Shown here: positions 42,964 to 49,775 of the stretch, piece by piece
Numbering within the stretch: the first letter of the stretch is position 1
How the letters are laid out: every line of letters starts with the position of its first letter
From: an uncultured Methanosarcinales archaeon
GTDB lineage: Archaea > Nanobdellota > Nanobdellia > Woesearchaeales > CAZXZL01
Direction: 5' to 3'
Assembly (NCBI GenBank): GCA_964645415.1
Contig: CAZXZL010000001.1
Location: 1 to 49,775, forward strand
Length of the DNA: 49,775 bases
Translations under genes and position numbers: made by a program
Notes under the pieces: generated by a model
The model's input: only the letters and a program-made list of their open reading frames with translations
What the model was told of the DNA's origin: nothing
Databases searched by the model: none

Positions 42964-43161
42964 TTATGGCATTGGAACTGGTTCTCCGCCTTCATCTTCG
43001 ATTGGATCTTGCATTGGATCTTCTTCGATTGGATCTTGCATTGGATCTTCTTCGATTGGATCTTGTTCAATTGGGTCTTCTTGTGCAGGTCCTGTTTCAG
43101 CACATCCTGCAAGCATTAAAACACCAACTAAAAGTACCATAAAAATACCAATTTTTTTCAT
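42964..43161 (-). CDS. Small acidic putative lipoprotein with DP repeats
   Basis: MKK, hydrophobic stretch and LAGC; DPIEEDPMQ repeats; GAGGTGA SD. Confidence 0.78.
   Translation of the reverse strand: MKKIGIFMVLLVGVLMLAGCAETGPAQEDPIEQDPIEEDPMQDPIEEDPMQDPIEDEGGEPVPMP
42994..43065. repeat. 27-bp in-frame tandem repeat (about 2.7 copies)
   Basis: Unit TTCTTCGATTGGATCTTGCATTGGATC at 42994 (one mismatch), 43021 and partially 43048. Confidence 0.9.
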
Positions 43162-43509
43162 ATTAAATTCACCTCAAAGTTTTTTTTTTATTATCTTATT
43201 TAAAACTTATTAATTTATCCCTTTTTTTAATTAATTCTTTAATTTTAACTTCTTTTTTACTTTATTTTAGTTATTTGGGCTTATTATTTTTTTATATTAT
43301 TTAGTCAAGTTTTTATTTACTATTCATTAAACATTACTAATTTTTTTATATGTTAAAATTGATTATTTCCCTATATAGTACAATATTTATGTTAAAGAAT
43401 TTTTCATATTTAGTATACATTTTTGTATAATAATTTATGAAAAAGAAATATTTATATACTAATATTTTTGTAATCTAATGTTAGTGCTTGTTTAATTTGA
43501 GGTGAGATG

Positions 43510-43619
43510 ATGAAAAAAGGAAATTTAAATTTATCTATTAATTCTATTGTTGTTTTAATTTTAGCTATTACTATGCTTGGGCTTGGACTTGCTTTTATGA
43601 GAAACATTTTTGGAGATGC
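43510..43619 (+). repeat. 110-bp exact direct repeat (second copy 44112-44221)
   Basis: Identical from ATG to GGAGATGC; upstream TAATTTGAGGTGA is also shared. Confidence 0.93.
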
Positions 43620-44097
43620 TATGGAGCAATTTGAAGGAGTTTCTGCAGAAATGGAAACTGAAATGACTGAATCTTTAAGAGATACAAGAGATGATGTTGC
43701 TTTAAATGTTAGAGAAACTAGTGCAGAGATGAGATCTACTTCTAGAATTTATTTAGGTATACAAAATGATAGAAGTGATACTTTATATTATCAATATGAT
43801 ATTTTTGAGAGTGGTCAAGATAACCCTTGTGATTATGAATCTGGAGAAACAGGAGATTGTAAAATTGATTTAGATGTTTTTAATGACGGTTCTGTTGAAG
43901 GAAATGATGTTGAAGTAATTCCTATTACTTTTGAACCTGACTTTGATGAAGAAAATGAAGATCTTGATAATCAAGGATATACTTTATTTGTATGTGAAGC
44001 AGATGATCGAGATGATCTTCCAAGTCAATGTCATCCTAGTGAGGATTTAGATAATTCTCATATTCATGGTATTGTAAACTTTTATGTTACTGTATAA
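43510..44097 (+). CDS. Type IV pilin-like protein 1
   Basis: Class III signal peptide MKKG^NLNLSINSIVVLILAITMLGLGL; acidic beta-rich body. Confidence 0.8.
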   Translation: MKKGNLNLSINSIVVLILAITMLGLGLAFMRNIFGDAMEQFEGVSAEMETEMTESLRDTRDDVALNVRETSAEMRSTSRIYLGIQNDRSDTLYYQYDIFESGQDNPCDYESGETGDCKIDLDVFNDGSVEGNDVEVIPITFEPDFDEENEDLDNQGYTLFVCEADDRDDLPSQCHPSEDLDNSHIHGIVNFYVTV

Positions 44098-44111
44098 TTT
44101 GAGGTGAAATA

Positions 44112-44645
44112 ATGAAAAAAGGAAATTTAAATTTATCTATTAATTCTATTGTTGTTTTAATTTTAGCTATTACTATGCTTGGGCTTGGACTTGCTTTTAT
44201 GAGAAACATTTTTGGAGATGCAACTGAGCAATTTGAAACAGTTAGTGAAGAGATGCAAACAGAAATGGCTGATCAAATGAAAGATGCAAGAGAACCTGTT
44301 GATTTAAACATTCATAGGGTAGAATTAGGTGAAAATGAAGAAGAAACGATATATATGGGTGTTAGAAATGATCGAGGTTCACAAAGAGAATTTAGAATTC
44401 CTACTTGGGATGATTTAGGAGAAGAAGATGATTTTCAATGTCGAGGAGATAGTGATGTGATTAATATAAATTATCCTGAGGGTGAAAGATGGATTGATGG
44501 AGATGAAGTTGATGTTTTACCGGTTAGAATTGAAGGGGTAGGATCTGGTACTTGTAGAGTTAGATTCTTTGCAGAAAAAGGAGATGAAGATGGTACTGAA
44601 TTTAATCGAATTGGTTCAAGAACAGTTTATATTGAAGTTTCTTAA
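44112..44645 (+). CDS. Type IV pilin-like protein 2
   Basis: Same class III signal peptide; divergent acidic body. Confidence 0.8.
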   Translation: MKKGNLNLSINSIVVLILAITMLGLGLAFMRNIFGDATEQFETVSEEMQTEMADQMKDAREPVDLNIHRVELGENEEETIYMGVRNDRGSQREFRIPTWDDLGEEDDFQCRGDSDVININYPEGERWIDGDEVDVLPVRIEGVGSGTCRVRFFAEKGDEDGTEFNRIGSRTVYIEVS

Positions 44646-44660
44646 TTTTAGGTGATAATT

Positions 44661-44894
44661 ATGGTTAGTAAGGATGAAAAGATTAAAAGAAGAATGACTG
44701 AAGAACAAGAATTTGAAATGATGAAGCTTGTTTTTGATAAGTTTCTTTGGTTAGGTTTTGGTGTAATGGCTTATGGTTTATTTCAAATGATTGAAAGAAG
44801 TATTTTAAGACAAGGATTTTATTTTCTACTTGCAGGTGTTGTAATCCTTTTAGTACTTGTAGGAATTATTGTTAGAGAGTATGAAGTAAAATAA
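44661..44894 (+). CDS. Small two-TM membrane protein
   Basis: QEFEMMKLVFDKFLWLG followed by two hydrophobic helices; AGGTGAT SD. Confidence 0.78.
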   Translation: MVSKDEKIKRRMTEEQEFEMMKLVFDKFLWLGFGVMAYGLFQMIERSILRQGFYFLLAGVVILLVLVGIIVREYEVK

Positions 44895-44906
44895 TAGGTG
44901 TTTTTT

Positions 44907-45563
44907 ATGAAAAAAGCTGCATTAGAGATTTCTTTAAATTTTATAGTGACAACTATTTTAGGAATAGTTATTTTTTTTGGTATTGCAGTATTAAATAGAA
45001 ATGTTTTCGTTGAAACCCTTGAAATGCAAGATCAATTAGATGCTCAAACTGAAAGAGAACTTATGGATGTGTTTCAAGTTTCTTCTGAAGATTTTATAGT
45101 ACCTTTTAGAACAGAAGAAGGAACTCCTGGTGATTCTGTTTATTTTCCAGTAGGACTTAGAAACGCTTTTAATCATAGTGATTGTAATGAAATGAATATT
45201 TCTGTTTCTCCAGGTAATGAAGAGATGGGTGAAAGTATAACTCCTGATATGGATATTGATGGTTGTACTGGTTATGGTTTCCCTGTTGGATATACTAGAG
45301 ATGAATGGGAAGTAATTTGTTCAGAAGATGTTGATTTTGATACGGGAGAAGATATATATGATTGGATTTTTGCATCTGATAATAAATACGGTCCTTATGA
45401 AATTTCACAAGGAAATGTAGATACATTCCCTATTGTTTTTACTATCCCTGATGAAAATATTCCTGATGGAATTTATTTTTTTACTCTTTCTGTGGAGAAT
45501 AATCATGATCATTGTTATGTTGATGTTTATAATGATGTAACTGTATACATTCTAATTGATTAA
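44907..45563 (+). CDS. Type IV pilin-like protein 3
   Basis: MKKA^ALEISLNFIVTTILGIVIF. Confidence 0.75.
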   Translation: MKKAALEISLNFIVTTILGIVIFFGIAVLNRNVFVETLEMQDQLDAQTERELMDVFQVSSEDFIVPFRTEEGTPGDSVYFPVGLRNAFNHSDCNEMNISVSPGNEEMGESITPDMDIDGCTGYGFPVGYTRDEWEVICSEDVDFDTGEDIYDWIFASDNKYGPYEISQGNVDTFPIVFTIPDENIPDGIYFFTLSVENNHDHCYVDVYNDVTVYILID

Positions 45564-45564
45564 A

Positions 45565-46167
45565 ATGAAAAATAAAAAATCTATGTCTACAACAGTTACG
45601 ACTCTATCAATAATTATAATATCAATTACTGTATTTTTAGTCGCTCTTCCGGCATATAGATTAACAGTTGGTTCTATGAGAGATTTACAAGAAATAGTCT
45701 CTCCTGATGATGATGACTTACATAGATTAGGAAGATCAAGTGCAAGATTTTCAACGACAAGGTCAAATATTAATGTTGATAGACAAGTTCCATATCTTTT
45801 TCCTTTAGTTATTAATAATATTTTTACTAGTTCTCATTCTGATGATAATCAAACATATTTCTATCTTGAAGCACAATGTTATAATTCTTCTAATATGGAA
45901 AAGAAATGTACTGACTTTAGCGAACACGATGATGAAGGAATTTTTGGAACTGAAGAAGGTGATGATAAAGGAATTTTTGGTCCTTTTTTAATAGGTACTG
46001 GTGATTATGATATTGTTGATATTACTTTTTCAATAGATTCTGATTATAAGGAAGGAGAATATTATATCCATGTCATTTCTTATTACAGTCAAGAGTATCA
46101 TTCTTTTCCAGATAATGATGATTGGAGTGAGTATGATGATTTGTCATTTTTAATTGAGTTATCATAA
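45565..46167 (+). CDS. Type IV pilin-like protein 4
   Basis: MKNKKS^M plus hydrophobic stretch; body similar to pilin 3 (FPLVINN vs FPVGLRN; GPF vs GPY; EGEYY vs DGIYF). Confidence 0.62.
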   Translation: MKNKKSMSTTVTTLSIIIISITVFLVALPAYRLTVGSMRDLQEIVSPDDDDLHRLGRSSARFSTTRSNINVDRQVPYLFPLVINNIFTSSHSDDNQTYFYLEAQCYNSSNMEKKCTDFSEHDDEGIFGTEEGDDKGIFGPFLIGTGDYDIVDITFSIDSDYKEGEYYIHVISYYSQEYHSFPDNDDWSEYDDLSFLIELS

Positions 46168-46198
46168 ATTATTTAAATTTGTTTTAAGATTAATAATT

Positions 46199-46981
46199 AT
46201 GATGTCTTATTTAACTTCTTTAAATATATCTATTTATTTTTCAACATTTATAGGTATTTTTTTGTTCTTTCTTTCATTTAAATTAATTGGTAAAAATTAT
46301 CTATTTTTTACTACTTTATTTTTATCTTTTTTTTCTTATCTAATTTATATTGTATTTTATAATACTTCTATTCAATTTTTTTCTGGAAGTTATTTTTTTA
46401 TGTTAATATCTCTTTCTCTATTTTATTCTTTAATATTTATCTTCATTAGTTGGTTTTCATTTTATCTTGATACATCAATAAAAAATTTATTTTCTGTTGC
46501 AATGTGTTTTTTTGGAGTTAGGTTTTTTCAAAATTCTATTTATCTTGCTTCACAAAGATCAATAATTGTTTCAAGTATTGAAGTCTTAGAATTAAGGCTT
46601 GGAAAAGATTTGTTGGGTGGTAATATTAGTAATTTAATTTCTTTAGAGGGTATTAATTTATCCAATATTATTTATCCATTTTTTTCTATTTTTGAAAACA
46701 TAACTGAGTTTTTTCTATTTTTTTGTTTTTTATTATTCATATTTATTTTAATGTATCGTATTTCTTATTTAAAAGATAAAAATACTTTTTTAAAATATTC
46801 ATTAATAACTTTTTTATCTGCAGGTTTTTTCTTTTTATATAATTATTTAATAGCAATTAATTTTATAGTATTTTTGTTTATATTATCTATCCCTTTAATA
46901 TTAATACTCTTAAACTTTTTTTATTCAAAAAAGAGTTTGACTATTTTTAAAGATTTTTTTGGTGACTTAAATGACAGATGA
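46199..46981 (+). CDS. Polytopic membrane protein, hypothetical
   Basis: About 7 hydrophobic segments; start uncertain. Confidence 0.62.
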   Translation: MMSYLTSLNISIYFSTFIGIFLFFLSFKLIGKNYLFFTTLFLSFFSYLIYIVFYNTSIQFFSGSYFFMLISLSLFYSLIFIFISWFSFYLDTSIKNLFSVAMCFFGVRFFQNSIYLASQRSIIVSSIEVLELRLGKDLLGGNISNLISLEGINLSNIIYPFFSIFENITEFFLFFCFLLFIFILMYRISYLKDKNTFLKYSLITFLSAGFFFLYNYLIAINFIVFLFILSIPLILILLNFFYSKKSLTIFKDFFGDLNDR

Positions 46982-47264
46982 CTTTGAAAGATTAAAAGAT
47001 GAAATTGAAGAAGAACTTGAAGATTTTAATTTAGATGAAGATTTTAGTTCTTATTCAAAGAAAGAACTTAAAGATTTAATTTCAAAACTTTATGATGAGC
47101 TAAAAAGAAAAGATAAACTTTTATTAGACTTAAAAGAAAAAATTTCTGTTCTTACTGATATGGTTATGAAAAGAAGTGATAGAATGATTGATTTACAAGA
47201 TAAAGTTAAAGATCTTAATAAAAAAATTTCTGATTTAAGAGAGGTTGATAAAAATGAAAAATAA
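46971..47264 (+). CDS. Coiled-coil hypothetical protein
   Basis: Heptad pattern; GGTGA SD. Confidence 0.72.
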   Translation: MTDDFERLKDEIEEELEDFNLDEDFSSYSKKELKDLISKLYDELKRKDKLLLDLKEKISVLTDMVMKRSDRMIDLQDKVKDLNKKISDLREVDKNEK

Positions 47265-48528
47265 AATTAAAAAAGATATTATTTCAGTTCTTGATAGTTC
47301 TTATAAAGCTATTAAAGATGATCAGTTTCATAAATTAAAACCTATTAGTGAAAGAGTAATTCATAATATTAGTATTTACCAAGACCGTGATTCTGTCACA
47401 ATCTCTACTTTAATTTATTCTCTTTATAAAATAATGCCTAAAAGTCCTGGATTAAAACCTTTTATCCTAAAATCTTTAAGAGATCTTAAAAGAAGTCTTA
47501 TTAAGAATAATTTTTCTAGATACAATAAAATAAATAATTCTTTGTTTGATGAAATTAAAGATAGAAATTTTAGCATTAAGGAGTATGTTAAAACAGTTTT
47601 TGAACAAGCTAGTTTAAAGAAAGGTGCTCATGCTGTTTATCACGGATTATCTATTGCAAAAGTAGCTAAAACTTTTGGTATTAGTAGATGGGAACTTCAA
47701 AACTATTTAGGTAAAGCTAATTTGATTGATGATTATATAAAAGAGTATGATTATGAAAAAAGGTTAGAATTACTCTATAAAACTTTTAAGGAAGATAATG
47801 ACCATTGTACTTTAATTCTTGATGCTGGTCCTGTTATTAACTTTGCTCTTAATAATCTTTTATGGGTATATGAAAAATTTAAGAAAGATTTCGATGTTAG
47901 GTTTTTAATTCCAAAAAATGTATTTGATGAAGTTATTAAAAAACCACTAAAAACTAGAAAATATAAATTTGAAGCTCTTGAAGTAAGTCGTTTAATTTCT
48001 AAAGGAGTTTTTGATATTGTTGAAGAAAAACCACTAGAAAATACAGTTAATGACATTGAAAAATTAGCAAATAATTCTTTTAAAGCTAGAGGTAGAAGTA
48101 TAAATTTAATTCATGGTGGAGAACTTGAAGTTTATGCTTATGGTCTTCAATTATTATCTGATATTATGGTTATTGATGAAGCAACAGCTAGATATCTTAT
48201 TGAATCTCCTGAAAGAGTTAGAAAAAGATTTGAAAGAAAGTTACACACATCAGTTAATATTGATGAAAATAATCTTAAAAAACTAACCAACAAGTTATCT
48301 CATCTTAATGTTGTTAGATCTGTTGATTTAGCCGTATTTGCATATGATTTAGGATATTTTTCTGAACTTGAAAGTGAAAAAATAAAAGGAATTATTGGGA
48401 GAGATAATTTAAAAGCAGAAATATTAGATTCATTACTATGGGCATTAAAATTAAGTGGCTGTGCTATTAGTGAACAAGAAATTTATAATATTATTGAGCT
48501 TGAAAGAAAGAAATTTAAAAATAAATAA
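47254..48528 (+). CDS. Two-domain protein: helical/HTH-like N-terminus plus PIN-like C-terminus
   Basis: HGLSIAKVAKTFGISRWEL (HTH-like); LILDAGP...VFDE...HGGELE...IDE (PIN-like acidic residues). Confidence 0.68.
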   Translation: MKNKIKKDIISVLDSSYKAIKDDQFHKLKPISERVIHNISIYQDRDSVTISTLIYSLYKIMPKSPGLKPFILKSLRDLKRSLIKNNFSRYNKINNSLFDEIKDRNFSIKEYVKTVFEQASLKKGAHAVYHGLSIAKVAKTFGISRWELQNYLGKANLIDDYIKEYDYEKRLELLYKTFKEDNDHCTLILDAGPVINFALNNLLWVYEKFKKDFDVRFLIPKNVFDEVIKKPLKTRKYKFEALEVSRLISKGVFDIVEEKPLENTVNDIEKLANNSFKARGRSINLIHGGELEVYAYGLQLLSDIMVIDEATARYLIESPERVRKRFERKLHTSVNIDENNLKKLTNKLSHLNVVRSVDLAVFAYDLGYFSELESEKIKGIIGRDNLKAEILDSLLWALKLSGCAISEQEIYNIIELERKKFKNK

Positions 48529-48557
48529 AGAAAATAAAAATAAAGAATATAGAAGTT

Positions 48558-48854
48558 TTATTCTTTTTTCTTTATTAAAACGATATCCATTGTTGAAACT
48601 CTAACATTTTTTCCATCATCATTTTCAAATTCTTCAGAATCTACTTTAATGTTATCAATTTCAACTTTATTTTCAAGAAATCTTTTTTTAGCAACTTCTA
48701 CAATATCAACTGCTCTAGAGATATATCTTCCTCTTGCTTTTACAATAACTTCTTCTGCTTCTTTTGTAGTAAATTGCATAACAATACCTGTTACATAATT
48801 CATAAAAGGTTTTCCACCGACATATATAATATTGTCTTTACCATCTTTTTCCAT
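48558..48854 (-). CDS. albA: DNA/RNA-binding protein Alba
   Basis: IYVGGKPFMNYV...KARGRYISRAVD. Confidence 0.95.
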   Translation of the reverse strand: MEKDGKDNIIYVGGKPFMNYVTGIVMQFTTKEAEEVIVKARGRYISRAVDIVEVAKKRFLENKVEIDNIKVDSEEFENDDGKNVRVSTMDIVLIKKKE

Positions 48855-48870
48855 TTTATCACCTGTTCAA

Positions 48871-49083
48871 TTATTTAATTGCAGTACTACTCTTCTCATA
48901 ACCTTTTTTTATTAATCTGGTAACATAACCAGCAATCATATTTCTAATTTTCTTTGATTGTACTTCTGCTACTTCATCAATTACATTTTTATTATTTTCA
49001 AAATCTTCATTGAATCTATCTCTATAGTCTTCAAGAATTTCATGTGTTACCCTTTTAATTGCTCTTGTTTTAATTCTTCCCAT
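48871..49083 (-). CDS. rps17e: 30S ribosomal protein S17e
   Basis: MGRIKT...DFENNK...SKKIRNMIAGYVT. Confidence 0.96.
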   Translation of the reverse strand: MGRIKTRAIKRVTHEILEDYRDRFNEDFENNKNVIDEVAEVQSKKIRNMIAGYVTRLIKKGYEKSSTAIK

Positions 49084-49383
49084 AATTTATCCCTACTTAA
49101 ATTTAAATCTCAGTAATTGTAAAAGAAACAATTATATAAATATTTTCATTAAAGGCTCAAATTACTGTTTTAAAGCTTTTTATACTCTAATTTTTTAAAA
49201 CTCTTCTATCTTTTAGATATTAGCTTTATAATCAGTTTTTTTAAATATAAAATCATAAACTTTATATATAAGTGTTGTCTTATATATATAAATTTAACGA
49301 AAATATGTTTTATGTTGATAATTTATTTATATTTATTTTTTACTATATTTTATTATAATTAATTGTTTGGGGGTTATTATAAA

Positions 49384-49775
49384 ATGGCAAAGGAAAAAAA
49401 ATGTCCTAATTGTGGTTCTGAAGATGTTGAAATTAATCGTAAATCCGGTGAAGTTATTTGTCGTTCTTGTGGTCTTGTAATTGAAGATAATATGGTTGAC
49501 CATTCTCAGGAATGGCGTAATTTTGAGGAAGAAAGAGAAAGTCGTAGGAGAACTGGAGCACCTATTACACATGGAAATCCTATTGATAGAACTGTTATAA
49601 GTACTAGTTATAAAGATTTATCTTCTGGAAAGAGACGTATGTTTAGACATTTGAAAAAATGGCAAAAACGTATGGCTACTGCAACTGAAAGGAATTTAAC
49701 TCAAGCTTCTATTGAGTTAACAAGAATTGCTTCTCAGTTAAATGTTCCAGAAAGAATTATTGAAGATGCTAAAAG
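49384..49775 (+). CDS. tfb: Transcription initiation factor IIB (truncated by window end, not in ORF track)
   Basis: Manual translation MAKEKKCPNCGS...GEVICRSCGLVIED...EWRNF...RTGAP...ERNL. Confidence 0.95.
   Translation, partial: MAKEKKCPNCGSEDVEINRKSGEVICRSCGLVIEDNMVDHSQEWRNFEEERESRRRTGAPITHGNPIDRTVISTSYKDLSSGKRRMFRHLKKWQKRMATATERNLTQASIELTRIASQLNVPERIIEDAK

Noticed and set aside
49333..49572. 79-aa minus-strand ORF and similar short overlapping ORFs (e.g. 5083, 5475, 21947, 25919, 33808, 38575, 41155, 47775)
   Set aside because: Antisense or alternative-frame shadows of well-supported genes

Overview
This is a 49.8-kb, very AT-rich chromosomal segment of an archaeon, most likely a DPANN/Woesearchaeales-like lineage. 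That assignment is inferred from the divergent archaeal 16S/23S, the archaeal information genes (rps6e, rps27e, rps17e, aIF2 alpha and gamma, RpoL, TFB, Alba, Nop10, Nre, PINA), a bacterial-type AspRS and Tgt, and tRNA-Ile(UAU). It holds a 16S-tRNA-Ala-23S operon without 5S, three more tRNAs (two with introns), iorAB, a translation cluster, surface and pilin-like genes, many hypotheticals and two 100-N gaps. The strongest unexplained signal is a dispersed, modular non-coding element. Five copies of a two-hairpin core sit at three intergenic loci (8788-9376, 32564-32771, 39199-39478). Both hairpins show compensatory base changes, the units are bounded by a CAAA(A)TCATCT(A/T)A motif, a TATA-like octamer lies at an identical distance in 4 of 5 copies, and one copy carries a self-folding insert. 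It is a candidate multicopy structured RNA or an archaeal REP/BIME-like element. Also notable: a 23S processing stem without a bulge-helix-bulge, four tandem coiled-coil paralogues led by a poly-Asn protein, two pilins with an identical 110-bp 5' end, and a degenerate ArmA/Rmt-like methyltransferase. All calls come from reading the sequence by eye; no searches were run.
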